From Octopus vulgaris (Eukaryota), in the NCBI GenBank assembly GCA_951406725.2, contig OX597816.1, forward strand, positions 136,772,001 to 136,836,000: a stretch of DNA of 64,000 nucleotides, in the 5' to 3' direction. The notes under the pieces are model-generated. The model did not search any database and had not been told where the DNA came from. It worked only from the letters and a program-made list of their open reading frames with translations. Numbering within the stretch: position 1 is the stretch's first letter; the number at the start of each line of letters is the position of its first letter. Below, one piece after another: positions 12,001-29,222 of the stretch. Made by a program: the position numbers and the translations under genes.

Positions 12001-13740
12001 AGTGAATAAGAGAGAATCAAGATGTTGAGGAAGAGAAGAGTTATTGTTCAACAAATTAAACAAAGACTTAGATTAGGAGTGTAGTTTGGTTTTGCGTCAG
12101 GTGAAGCTCTCTTCCTCGTGAGACAACAGCAGAAGAAACATTTAGCCAAAAGTAAACTGCTGCACCGTGTTAATAATGTTTTTGTGTATTTACTTCGTAT
12201 AATTTTTGCCTTATTATATACCCCTTTGGCATAATATGTATTAAAGCATCAACCAGTCGTGGAATCTTTGAAACAGCTGTAAAGGACATTAATTTTGTAA
12301 TATGAATATGTATATGAAACAACTCATATAAATATTTTGCCCGCCCATATACTTGTTTGTTTATCTTTTGCTTTTTCATTACTCACTCGAGCGATGTATT
12401 TCTTATAGCCAACATTTGTTCTGCTGAATAGCAAACTGGATTTTAAGAATCTAACCAATCCGAACATTAGTTGGTATCTACCTATTCTACTCTTATACTA
12501 GCATATTCTCACGCACTGTGTGTGTGAGCCTGTGTGTGCACACGCACACATTGCACGTATATATGTTTAGGAGAATGAAACTCTTGATCATTGAGCCACT
12601 TTGTAAATTCTGCCGACTACTACTACTACTTGTATTCCCTGATGCAGTACCAAGCAGTGGCTCTCATGGCTTTTCATTTTCACTGATTGGAAGTGTTATC
12701 ATGTACATTGTTTTGTCTTGGTATAAAAGATGGCCTGCAGCAAATGTTCTGCTTATTACCACAGTTGAGCATGTCCCTTGGTGGCTGACAATATGTACAT
12801 CTCAGCTCACGAGCAGAAGTAGTGGGGGAGCACTATAACCATGAGATGAGAGAAACTCTTTGGGGCATGAATAATTCACCTCTGGAAACATGGGTGTTTT
12901 GTTCGTCATCCTTAAACAAACCTTATTCAGGGACCTTTTGAGCGGGATGGCTTACTCAACCTGAAGAAAATTCTTACTGGGCTCCTCCTGCAAGGCCATG
13001 CGCTGATTACCTTGATGAGATCACCATGTCGCGCACATATGGTGAAGATGCATGTCCCTGGTGTACATGCATCGTAACACTCTTTTACCAGTAAATTAGC
13101 TGCTGAAATTTACTAACTGCAGAGTTATTTCCGGCCTCAGCGCGCCAAAGTGAAGACATTTAAAAAATACACCCAAATATAATTTGTAGAACTTTATACA
13201 TAATCTAATTCGGTTGAGCGTTCTGTATCTAGTTCTGGAAATTGTGTTTTGCAAGCGACAGACTACGCTGACGATCTTGCAGATATTTACGTGTTTACAT
13301 ATGTAAATATTAACAAGTGAAACCATAATACGTAAGTAATCGATTTTTATTTCGTATATTTTCATTTGTCTTGCTCGTTTTTACATTTTGGCGTTTTGCT
13401 GAGATTTTTCTTGAGAACACACTCTTCGTGGTAATGGCGATTTGACGTCTGTTAGGTGTCCACTTTAGTGGTCATTCCTCTTAATTTTGTAAGTAGCAAT
13501 TTTTATTCTTCGGATTTTTTAAATATGCTAAGCCACTGGTTTTAATTGATTAATATCAATTTCTACCCTTCTTAGTTAATTTACACACACACGCACACAC
13601 ATGTGCACACATATATAAACAAATGAAGACTGAAACACATGACCATATACAAACATGCACACTTCACACATACACACACACACACATACAATTTTGAACA
13701 CTCAAACACATGAATATACAGAACACTTACATAGAAAGGT

Positions 13741-13774
<34 letters not shown>

Positions 13775-13787
13775 GCAAACACACATA

Positions 13788-13949
13788 GGCGCAGGAGTGG
13801 GTGTGTGGTAAGTAGCTTGCTAACCAACCGCATGGTTCCGGGTTCAGTCCCACTGCGTGGCATCTTGGGCAAGTGTCTTCTGCTATAGCCCCGGGCCGAC
13901 CAATGCCTTGTGAGTGGATTTGGTAGACGGAAACTGAAAGAAGCCTGTC

Positions 13950-14022
<73 letters not shown>

Positions 14023-14230
14023 TGTGTTTGTGTGTGTGTGTTTGTCGCCCTAACATTGCTTGACAACCGATGCTGGTGTGTTTACGTCCCCGTCACTTAG
14101 CGGTTCGGCAAAAGAGACCGATAGAATAAGTACTGGGCTTACAAAGAATAAGTCCCGGGGTAGATTTGCTCGACTAAAGGTGGTGCTCCAGCATGGCCGC
14201 AGTGAAATGACTGAAACAAGTAAAAGAGTA
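13788..14230 (+). mobile_element. Full-length SINE family A
   Basis: Near-identical reverse complement of 6373-6810, with the internal (TA)n(TG)n at the same position. Confidence 0.9.
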
Positions 14231-14260
14231 TACGTGCATACACACATATACATACATACA

Positions 14261-14291
<31 letters not shown>

Positions 14292-14893
14292 GTGCATACA
14301 CATGCACACTGACGTACACACATGCGCACAAACAATTAAAAGGAACGCAGGTCTGACAACGGACAGAGCCAACGACTATTGAAAAGGGTGCAAGCCGCAA
14401 AAAATAAATAACTAAATGAGTAGAAATCGAACCGGTGAGTGTGTTAAATAATATGGCACGAAAAGAGAATGACTCTCCCCAGACACAATAAAATATGCTT
14501 CAATCCACGAATTCACATAAAGAATCTTGAAAACCGAAAACAAAAATGAAATATAAATATATATGTGTGTGTGTTTATATATATATAAACACAGTCAAAA
14601 ATTGTGAAGCATGACTGTCAACACTACTACATGAACCCGAAGATTGCAGAATTCAATGCATGAAAGTACTAGTTCAATCAGAATGAATATTTAACATTCT
14701 ACTATTTCATTTTATTTTATTCAATTATAATATATTATCTTATAATATATCATTATAAGATTGTAAATAAAACGTGAAAATCAGACAAGGTTGGAATTCT
14801 TTTTATTAATATATTCTTCTATACACAATCACACACACCCATATATATATATATATACATATATCTATACATATATATATATATAAGTATATA

Positions 14894-15065
<172 letters not shown>

Positions 15066-15382
15066 TATGTTCCTGCGAAAACGTAAGAGGATGTTGCATG
15101 CACAAACACACTTCTGATACCATAATCAGCTGTAAAGCAATGAAGGTAATTACGTAACTCCAATTAATTTATCATTCATGAATTTATATATATATATATA
15201 TTCATCTGTTTGTGCTGATATCGATCACTGATTGATATCTGGTGTTGGTTTGTTTACAGCTCGTAAACAGTGGTTCAGCAAAACAGTTTTAGACTTTAAA
15301 AATAAGTACTAGGGTTGATTTGTTTGACTAAAACCCTTCGGGGTGGTGGCCTAGCAGGGCCGCAATCGTATGACTAAAATAT

Positions 15383-15541
<159 letters not shown>

Positions 15542-15894
15542 AAACAAGTCAGGATAGAAAATGCTAAAATAATTTTATAAAGAACATTTCAGTACCGGTT
15601 TCAGTAACTGAGACCTTTTCAAATGTAACAATTAAATAATTAAATTTAGAAAAATTAATAGAAAAGTTTTTTTAAAAGAATATTTGTATACAGTTCACAT
15701 ATAAGTGGCATTTTTCTTGTTTCTGCCTTTCTCTGTCTCTCTTGTTTACTCTTGTGGGTTCGAGGTCGTTATATATATATATAACCTTTAAGTTCATTTA
15801 CAGAAAACGTTTTGGAGTATGCATATAAAAGCTATTTTATTATGTCGGCTACAGCCTAATGATACCAACTTGCAATAGCAGTTTTATGTGGTTG

Positions 15895-19367
<3,473 letters not shown>

Positions 19368-19438
19368 ATCCATCCATCCATCCATCCATCCATCCATCCA
19401 TCTATATATATCCATCCATCCATCCATCCATCCATCCA

Positions 19439-19477
<39 letters not shown>

Positions 19478-19481
<4 letters not shown>

Positions 19482-20634
19482 TGATTGATGTCCCCATCAC
19501 CTCTCCCGCCTTTCTTTTCCGGAAAAAAAGTGGGTTGTGGTGGGTTTGTAGGTCAGATACGTTGAATGCACCTGAAAAAACTGCAAAACAATTATTCCAC
19601 ACTGAGGTATTTACCAAAAAATATCTTCTACCGATTATACCTGTATTTTAATTAATTCAAATTAATGTACCTCATTATTTGATTAAAGGTATTTGTATAA
19701 AATTTCATTAAAAAATACCTATTTTCCAGAAAGTTATGAAGAGGAAAATGTCGGGTCCCGAAAGTAACAGGGATGTCAAGGTATTAAGTGCATTATTTTC
19801 TCTAAGATTTGTTTCTTTATGTGGTCACAGGGAATTTATAGTCACAGTAATTAATATATTATCAGCAGCTAGAACTTAACTGTCAGTTCCCAGTGGTTTT
19901 AATTCGTAGTGGACGTAGTATACTATCTGCATATATGTATATATATACATATATATACATGTATACATATACATACATACATACATACACACATACATAC
20001 ATACATACATGCATATATATATATATATATAGCCGTTTAAGAATCCAAAAATCAGAAAATTTATCCACTCGTATATGTTTTATTTGTCAATAGAGGGGAT
20101 ATATTAATCAAAGTGCACAGTATTATATACCCATTATGCTCCATCTTACCCATCTTAACCCTTGCTCAGTTCGTTTCGTCTTTTTTCTGAGCGACCACAA
20201 ATTGGTTGTCTCTTCACCTTCAAGAATAGGGTGCGATTGCCACATTTTCTTCTATAACTGCCAACTCCGAGTGCAAGGTTATATAATCAGGCTGTTATCT
20301 AACATCCCGTGGAACCCTCAGTCGTTGTCGATTGTTATTTGCACCAAGCATTGGTGCCTTGTTGCGTCACTGTTTCATATTTATAATTCTACCATTACAG
20401 TGCTTAATTTGGCTGGAAAGTGATACTATTGTATTACAATGATATTTAAAATTTTCAACGAAAACCTTTTCACTGATCTCAGTTGTAAACAAAGAAGTCC
20501 TGGGGTCGATTCGTTCGACTAAAGGCGGTGCTCCAGCATTGCCGCAATCAAATGATTGAAACAAATAAAAGATTATATACACCTGTTTGTTGTTCCTTCA
20601 CCTGACTTCGTCTTATGTTTTCTGTAAATTCGAA

Positions 20635-20721
<87 letters not shown>

Positions 20722-20730
20722 TATATATAT

Positions 20731-20794
<64 letters not shown>

Positions 20795-21598
20795 AGCAAA
20801 TAAGTAACAAGGATGTCAAGGCATTAGTGCATTGCAACCGTTTCATGCGGCTCCCTTTGGTCAAACAATGCAAGCATTACATCAATATGAAATTCACCGC
20901 AATCTTCGGATGCATAATAAAGGTTTTCAACATACAGGATACTCCATTACAATTTTTAGCAACTATTTCATCAGAACTAGAGAATGAAAGAATTATATGC
21001 GGCTATTATAGTAGCAGAATGAACTTAGAGAGAAAATACCCCAACTATAATTTGGAGTGGCAAAAGAGAATAACAATGGGGTTCATGAGATGGTAATATA
21101 GCTACAATTTTTATCTATCTCATTATCACCATCAAAAGATCTAATGCAGATAGTATACTACGTCCACTACGAATTAAAACCACTGGGAACTGACAGTTAA
21201 GTTCTAGCTGCTGATAATATATTAATTACTGTGACTATAAATTCCCTGTGACCACATAAAGAAACAAATCTTAGAGAAAATAATGCACTTAATACCTTGA
21301 CATCCCTGTTACTTTCGGGACCCGACATTTTCCTCTTCATAACTTTCTGGAAAATAGGTATTTTTTAATGAAATTTTATACAAATACCTTTAATCAAATA
21401 ATGAGGTACATTAATTTGAATTAATTAAAATACAGGTATAATCGGTAGAAGATATTTTTTGGTAAATACCTCAGTGTGGAATAATTGTTTTGCAGTTTTT
21501 TCAGGTGCATTCAACGTATCTGACCTACAAACCCACCACAACCCACTTTTTTTCCGGAAAAGAAAGGCGGGAGAGGTGATGGGGAGATCAATCACTGT
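19478..21598. repeat. Inverted duplication, 455-bp arms 19478-19932 and 21144-21598, about 1.2-kb spacer
   Basis: Arms are reverse complements and nearly identical; I saw one difference, GATGTCCC versus GATCTCCC. Confidence 0.95.
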
Positions 21599-21740
21599 TC
21601 CTTCTTGACAGGACAAAGAAATTTCCCGCTGTCTTTGCAGGTAGTGAGCGGGTGGATTTGGTTTCAAATCCAGGCAGGGCCAAACGAGGTTCTACAAGTT
21701 ATAATAGTTGGTGGCGTTATATCGGGGTTGAAAGAATGAC
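21289..21740 (-). mobile_element. Possible piggyBac-like 3' remnant
   Basis: Terminus ...GGGATGTCAAGGTA then TTAA; degenerate C-terminus W.VC....NCKQLFH recalls the piggyBac cysteine-rich domain. Confidence 0.4.
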
Positions 21741-21977
21741 GCATACAATATTAAATATGTTAAGACTATCAGAAAACAATAGAAACTTTTAAACGCTTAC
21801 CGGTTATTAAATTTTGGGGTTAACGGACTTGAGTTAACGGAAGTTAATTAATCCGATAACGATTTTCAAAGTTAACTTAAAGGTTAAATCGTTAACGAAA
21901 TTTCGTTAATTAACGATTAAACGATTAACAAACTCAGCTCTTTAGGTATGTATATATATATATATATATGTGTGTAT

Positions 21978-22013
<36 letters not shown>

Positions 22014-23541
22014 GAGGTATAAAAAAATAAGACGACGGGGCTAATTATGTCAGAACTGATTATGGAGTTAAACTACAATATAAATAGAATAAGCACTTCA
22101 AAAAGACACAGAGCTGTTCTCAATAGAAGGAAGATGAGATGAGATGAGATGAAATTAGATATAAAGGCTAGCAATGTAAAATCTAGGAGACCCAATGATG
22201 ATATTGTGCTGTAATATTGTGGTTGTAACATGTAGCAGTTGAAAAGTCTAGAAGACAGTGACGATATTTCGATGTAATACTGCAATACAATCTGACGTGT
22301 AGCATTCAATTATGAAGTCTAGGAGACACGAAGACATTTTGATGTTGCTGTATTTAACCGACTCACTGCTTACAAACTGATTGTACTGTATTCGACGTGA
22401 ACTAAGCAATGTAACGGGGGTGAGGGATGTATATGTGCACACGCTTGAGTGCGTGTGTCTGTTTGAGCGTGTGTTTGCATAACTGAGTGTATGTGTATGT
22501 CTGTGTGTGTCTGTGCGTGAGTCCATTGTGTGTCAGTATGGGTATGTGCGTGTTTATGGTAATGGAGGTGAAGGATGTATATGTGCATGTATGTCTCTCT
22601 TATCTCTCGTTCTGTATGAATGAGTGTATGTGTGTGTCTGTCTGTCTGAGCGTGTGTGTACTTGTGTTCATAGTGTGTATTTATGTGTTAATGTGTGCGC
22701 GTGTGTATGTGTATTGGTGTGCACGCGCCGATTGTATGTGTAGGTGTGTATGTGTATTCGTATCTGTGTGCCCGCGTCGATTGTGTGTGTGTATACGTAT
22801 CTCTGTTAACGCGTCGATTTTGGTGTATCTGTGTAGGTATATCATCTGTATGTGGGTGCTGCTATGTGTGTGTCTACGTGTTTGTGTCCGATATGTGTAT
22901 TTGTATGTATGCAAAGAGATAAAGGTATTATAATGAACACTATTGAATAGCGGAAGCTGAAAATATTACATTTTGAATATGTCATATCACTTTCTTTCTC
23001 TCTCGGTCTTTTCCTATCAGCAGCCTAAATTCTATCTTTTCTTCTTTTTCTTTCCGCTGCCTTCCTCTCCCTATCTTCCTCGCTCTCTTTCTCCTGCTGC
23101 TGCCGCTCTGTCTCTCCCTCTCTCTTTCTCTTTCTGGTTCCCTGGCTCATTGTCTTTCCCTTTCTACTCCGCTCTTTCTGTCCCTCGCTTTTTCTTTCAC
23201 TTCCTTCCTCGCTCTCTTTCTTTTTTCTCCTGCTCTGTGTTCCCCCCTCTCTATCTCTCTCTCTCTCTCTGTTCCCCTCGCTCTCTTTCTTTTTTCTCCT
23301 GCTCTGTGTTCCTCTCTCTCTCTCTCTCTCTCTCCCCTCGCTCTCTTTCTTTCTTCTCCTGCTCTGTGTTCCTCTCTCTCTCTCTCTCTCTCTGTTCCTC
23401 TCGCTCTCTTTCTTTTTTCTCCAGCTGCTGCTTGTACTCACTCACTCACTCACACACACAGACTCTCTCTCTCTCTCTCTGTTCTTCTTGCTCTCTTCCT
23501 TTCTCCCCTTTTCATACATACACATACCTATCTGATCAATA

Positions 23542-23918
23542 TCTCTCTATATATAAACGGCAGTTTGTCTGTGCGTGTTTCTGTGTGTCTGTTTGCTTGT
23601 ACCCTCACCCTGACCACGGCTTTCAACCGATTCTGATGAAACTTGACACACACATAGCCCAATGTCATAATTCAAAACTAACGCAGAGAAAATTTTTAAA
23701 AGTTCCCCAAGTTCTGAAAAAATCGATAAATTCGACATGGGGTCGAGAATCAGAAACACAAACTGTCTAGGGGACGCAACTCCACCTTTTTTAACTCTCC
23801 AAAAAAAATTTACCATCATTTTTTCCCATTTTTTTGCTATTTTTTGGCTATAACTCTCTAAAAATGCTTTATAGTTATTTCCCTTACAAACCTGAGCAAC
23901 GCCGGGCGATACTGCTAG
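23542..23918 (+). mobile_element. Non-autonomous Helitron
   Basis: A|TC 5' end (TCTCTCTATATATAAA), 3' hairpin CCTGAGCAACGCCGGG, and terminal CTAG|T. Confidence 0.85.
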
Positions 23919-24233
23919 TTTGTTATAAATACGCATTGTTTCAAAATTTTTCCTCATCACGTTACTAACCTCTCCCCCTTCCATATATCTTTTTCGCCTT
24001 CTCAATTGGCAGCTTATACACGATCGCGTGCGTATTCATATATACATACATATATACATAAGCACACACAGAAATATACACATTGGTCGGCTGAAAAGTT
24101 ATGACTCAAGGACCAATAGTTTCGTGTGTGGCACTTACCAAACTATCAAAACTATGTATGTATGTATGTATGTATGTATGTATGTATGTATGTATGTATG
24201 TATGTATGTATGTATGTATGTATGTATGTGTGT

Positions 24234-24288
<55 letters not shown>

Positions 24289-24660
24289 CGTATGTATATG
24301 TATATGTATGTGAGTGTATATGTGTGTGGACAGAGAGGGAGAAGGGAGAGAGATATATAAAGAAAAAGGATAGATAGATATGTAGATACACATATACGTA
24401 TTAGTGTGTGCGTGCGCGCATGCGTACGTGCTTGCGTTTGCGTGCGCGTGCGTGTGCGTAAAGTGCATAATGTTCCAGTGCCAGAGAAGACATAAAAATC
24501 GAGGTTCTTCAGTTATCTCTTCTACATTGGAATCAATCTGTGTCATACCTGGATTGGATTCTTACTTCCTCCAACTAAGTCAGTATAATCTTATACAGTG
24601 CCGGACCTCTTACCTGATTTCCAGAAATCCAGAAATGTTCTGCATTAACATGCAATATAC

Positions 24661-24842
24661 TCTGTTGTGTCTGGGGAGAGTCATTCTCTTTTAGTGCCTT
24701 ATTATTTAACACACTCACCGGTAAAATTTCCACTTATTTCTTATTTTTTATTTTCTAAAATTTTCGTTGCGTCTTGTTTTACCGGTGAGTGTGTTAAATA
24801 ATAAGGCACTAAAAGAGAATGACTCTACCCAGACACAACAGA
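24661..24842. repeat. 66-bp-arm inverted repeat, probable Penelope-like terminal remnant (related copy 14390-14550)
   Basis: 24661-24726 is the reverse complement of 24777-24842. Confidence 0.75.
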
Positions 24843-25106
24843 ATATGCTTCAACACACGAACTCATATAAAGAATCTTGCAAACCAAATCCAAAAACGAA
24901 ATGCAATATACTGTGCCCTGTATTCAGTAAGCAGTCCGTGTTTGTGGGTTAAAAATGATTTTTTTTTTTCTTGTGGGTGGATTGAGAGAAATTAAACATT
25001 CTGTTTTAGAAGCGTGTTAATTTGTATCAGGTACATAAAATCGTTCTTTTCTGTTCATCGTTTAATTTTCATCCTATAGACATTATACTGTATATACTAT
25101 GTACAA

Positions 25107-25448
25107 GGCGCATGGCTCAGTGGTTAGAGCGTCGAGCTTACGATCGTGAGGTTGTGAGCTCGAATCCCGGACCGGGCTGCGTGTTGTGTTCTTGAGCAAG
25201 ACACTTTATTTCACGTTGCTCCAGTTCACTCAGCTGTAGAAATGAGTTGCGACGTCACAGGTGCCAAGCTGTATCGACCTTTGTCTTTCCCTTGGATAAC
25301 ACTGGTGGCGTGGAGAGGGGAGGCTGGTATGCATGGGCGACTGCTAGCCTTCCATAAACAACCTTGCCCGGACTTGTGTCTAGGAGGGTAACTTTCTAGG
25401 TGCAATCCCATGGTCATTCATGACCGAAGGGGGTCTTTACCCTTTACA
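25107..25448 (+). mobile_element. tRNA-derived SINE family C
   Basis: Head GGCGCATGGCTCAGTGGTTAGAGC...GAGCTCGAATCCC, then CTTGAGCAAGACACTT; a related head occurs at 52990. Confidence 0.85.
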
Positions 25449-25879
25449 AGGTACAGTATAATATATTTTAAGTATTTTAAGTGCGTTAATAGATACCAAA
25501 CAAACTCGGCTTAGTAAATGTATTTAATTAGAATCTGTTTAATGCAATTTAGTTTGTCGCTCTGGTAAGAGATTCTTTTATTTTATTTCATTTTTTGTTT
25601 GCTTTTTTGCCATTTTCGGAGGGTGGGGCGGGGGTGTCACTGATGTGTTGTTATTAGTTACTGTTTCGGCTGTGTGTTACATCATAATGAACTGATGCAA
25701 CCATAATTGTATTTTTTTTTATCATAATGTCTATTAAACAGAGGAACGATTGAATATAAACTTCGATTGGTTGCTGGTGGTAATGTAGCGAGATTACAAT
25801 CGAGCTTCGTAATGTCTAATTAGGCTCGGAATATCGGGAAGAGTTGGTTTGCAAATATGAAGAAAAATTATTTAATTTC

Positions 25880-26250
25880 TAGCTGGATTCAGCCAATGGA
25901 AACTTGATGTTGCTGGGCGAGAGGTGAGATGTGCATTCTCTAGTGGATCTCAAAACCTCCCGCGTTCTGATTTGCTTGGCAAGAGGTGAGATGTGTGTTA
26001 TCGGTAGCTCCCTCAAACCGCTGCAGTCATTCTTGATGCGCTTCTGCCTAAATATTAAGAAAAGCTCACGAACCTCAAAGACATTTGAGATGGTGTTCCT
26101 AATATGGCCTGATATCGCTGCAAAGCTGACTTGTTGACAGGCAGGACACATCGCAATGATCAGAACGCGATCAATGTGTGCTGCAAGCTGACAACTGAAA
26201 TATGTTAGCTTCGATTCCCAATCTTGATACAAGTTCTTTACTTTTCATAG
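25880..26250 (-). mobile_element. Possible hAT (Buster-like) transposase C-terminal relic
   Basis: Degenerate LRELPITHISPLAKQ and a frameshifted QHQVSH-like end. Confidence 0.3.
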
Positions 26251-26307
26251 TTTATTTTATATTTTAATTATATATTTAGAGTGTCTCCAGAAAACCGGAA
26301 AACTCAG

Positions 26308-27321
26308 TGTATGGAAAACGACCGTACGTAAGGAGTTGGTGACAGAAACGTCTCCTTTAAAACGCCGCTCGGTCGCTCTAACAAAAGAAGAAGCCAAAAT
26401 ACATGGTATAAAAGAATAAGTGCCAAAATGAATAAGAGAGACGACACAACCGTTTGAGAGAAAGAAGACTTTATTTACAGATGTGTAAATAAGAGAATAA
26501 GAGCGTGTGTGAGCGCTAGTAAAGTGGTGTGTCTGCGTGCGTGCGACAAGTGCTTGTGTCTGTGTTTGACAGAAGTACAAACAAAGTGTATGCAGAATAC
26601 AATACAGAGCATAGAAGAAAAGAGTCTCTCAGGGTATTTAGACAAGATGGAGATAATTTACCAGTTCGTAGTAAGGTTACGCAATAGAAAGAGTTCTGTA
26701 ACAGGATAGTAAAAGTTCTGTAACAGGATGTTGGGGTCATAAGGCAGAATGCCGGTTGAACACATGTCGTGTAGCGGTTGGGGCTTCGATGCTGTGCCAG
26801 GTCTCTTGATACAGGAATTTTCTCAGGCTGACTGTGCTGTTTACCTCGGTGAATATTCACAACAGCGTGGAGTTTAAACCTGAGCGAGTGCTGTGTACGT
26901 ATTTGAAGTCGGCGGTGGTGATGGCGACGGTGGTGGAGACGTCCTACGTTGCTGGTGTATATTTACGTCGTCTGCCGCTGGAACTGGAATTGGCTGAGTC
27001 GCTCTGTGGTCAGAGGTTAGTCCTGAAAAGGACTGGAACCAAAGACTAGTGTTGCTGGAACATGGTTGAGTCGCTCTGTGCTCTGTGGTCAGTGGTGAGA
27101 ACCAAAGACCTAATATCGTGAATGCTGGGGCCTTATAAAGCCTGAGGTAGGCTCAAACAAGGCATAAGAAAAACAGTGTCACGGGACCTTAACCGAAGGC
27201 CGTGATTAGTTGGCTTACACACTGGCGCGAAATAAATCAAGAGACAAACTGCGCCAATGTCAACCAATCAGAGCAGTATACACAACAGGGTCAAAACAGC
27301 GAGGATATCAGCTACTCTACA
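26308..27321 (-). mobile_element. Probable solo LTR, about 1 kb
   Basis: TGTA...TACA termini; flanks TCAG/CCAG (3/4 match); minus-strand TATA near 27135 and AATAAA near 26470; the two flanks rejoin into one small palindrome. Confidence 0.55.
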
Positions 27322-27386
27322 CCAGAAATCTGAGCTACTTCCGGTTCCAAGTTGCTGGATAACTTGACCGGTACTGTATTCTGTAC

Positions 27387-27572
27387 CAGTGCTCCGCAAC
27401 CGGTATGCCGCGGCACACTAGTGTGCCACGAGACGATACTAGGTGTGCCGCAGTGTAACCTGAATATAATTTTTTCCTTATACTTCCAGTTATATTTTTA
27501 GCTCAGGCGTTCCGCCGAATTTTGAAAAGTATAATAAGTGTACCGCAAGTGAAAAAAGGTTGCGGAGCACTG
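27387..27572. mobile_element. hAT (Buster/Charlie-type) MITE
   Basis: Perfect 15-bp TIR CAGTGCTCCGCAACC; 8-bp flanks TTCTGTAC/GTCTATAC (6/8 match). Confidence 0.85.
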
Positions 27573-27809
27573 GTCTATACGGCAACATATACACCAAGAA
27601 CATAGAAAAATACACATTAGAAATTATCGCAGACTGATTTGATTCACAACCTATTTACTACCAAGAGTTCCTTTTATTTAAATGATTTTTACCGCTGAGC
27701 CCAGGCTTTCGAATAGTCTCTCTATTCAATAAACAGAGTTTATTAACTGACATATGTTTTCCCCCTTTTACATCTGTCCGTTGAAAGATACAATGTAAGT
27801 AAATATATA

Positions 27810-28215
27810 TGCGCAAGCGTGGTTGTGTGGTTAGAAGTTTCCTTCATAAGCACATGATTCTGGGTTCAGTCCCACTGCATGACATCTTGAGCAAGTGTCT
27901 TCTACTATAGCCCCAGGATGACCAAAGCTTTGTGAGTGGATTTATTGGGCAGAAACTGAAAGAAACCCGTCGTGCACATACATACATATATGTATATATC
28001 TATGTATGTGTCGGTGTTTGTCCTCCACCGCTGCTTAACAATCAGTGTTGGTTAGTTTACGTCCCTGTAGCTTGGCGCTTCGCCAAAAGAAAAACGATAG
28101 AATAAGTACCAGGCTTTAAAAATAGTACTAGGATTGATCCATTTGACTAAAATATTTCGAGGTAGTGCCCAAGCATGGCCGCAGTCCAATGACTGATACA
28201 AGCAAAGGATAGAAG
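27810..28215 (+). mobile_element. SINE family A, diverged full copy
   Basis: Collinear with 13788-14230. Confidence 0.85.
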
Positions 28216-28520
28216 AATGAATATTTACATGAAACAAGTAAAAGATAATAGAATTACGATTTATATGTAACCAGTAAAAGATAAAAGAATAAAGATTAAT
28301 ACGTAACGAGTAAAAGATAAAAGAATAAAGATTTGTATGTGACAAGATAAAAGAATAAAGATATATATTGTAACACGTAAAAGATAAAAGAATAAAAATT
28401 TATATGTAGTACGTAAAAGGTAAAAGAATAAAGATTTATATGTAACCACTAAAAGATAAAAGAATAAAGTTTTGTATGTGAGTAGTAAAAGATAAAAGAA
28501 TAAAGGTTTATATGTAACTC
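28203..28520 (+). repeat. About 36-bp minisatellite, 8-9 units
   Basis: Unit GTAAAAGATAAAAGAATAAAGATTTATATGTAACCA. Confidence 0.9.
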
Positions 28521-28816
28521 TCTAACTATACATTTTACACTGTAAGGCTATTCTTTCGTGATGTACGTGATAGTCAGCGATACAAATTATGAAATATCTA
28601 AGCTGGAAATCTTGAATATTTACAAGAATTGTATTGACTCATTTTTCACTGTAAAGCTTGACTAGCTAGGTAAGTATTAAGCATTTATTTACTTATTTAT
28701 TTGTTTATTTATTTTGTTTACCTGGAATGTATGTCGACTTTTTGAAGAGGGATCCCCAAAAGTGTGAAGTAGGAGACATCGCACAATATAACATTTTTTC
28801 ACCTGAAAACTATTTA

Positions 28817-29191
28817 CAGTAACCCCGCGACTATCACGGTTGTTACATTCCAAACCCCACCGCGAAAGGTGAAAATCCGCAAAGTATAATTATTCTTATA
28901 ATTTGCATATATTCATTTTATTATTTCTATTTATATGTTTTAATAAACTCTCCCCACACTCTTAGGAGTACCCGTGTCTTCCCTTTTTTTTCTTTTTGTA
29001 GGTGAAGAACATAGTGATAGGCAGTTGTTGGCGTCGCCTATTCTTCTGTGTGAGAAAACTTTTATAAACCTCCGCCGATTGCATTTCTGAACTGCAACGC
29101 TCGAATCATCTGGGGATCCCAATCTTCCGCCATTCTCCAAAGTTCTTTTGCCGTTTTTGTTAGAGTTGAGATGTGTTCTAGTGATAAGCCG

Positions 29192-29222
<31 letters not shown>

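Noticed and set aside
12613-13070. Possible Deu/Nin-domain SINE or LINE tail
   Set aside because: Looks like an interspersed repeat, but there is only one copy in the window and I cannot confirm the family.
22973-23770. 265-aa S/L/F-rich ORF
   Set aside because: A CT-rich tandem repeat read through into a Helitron.
25107-25180. tRNA-like sequence (also at 52990 and the SINE A and B heads)
   Set aside because: No closing acceptor stem; it continues into a SINE body.
28203-28520. CRISPR-like 36-bp periodicity
   Set aside because: No unique spacers and no cas genes; eukaryotic SINE-tail minisatellite.
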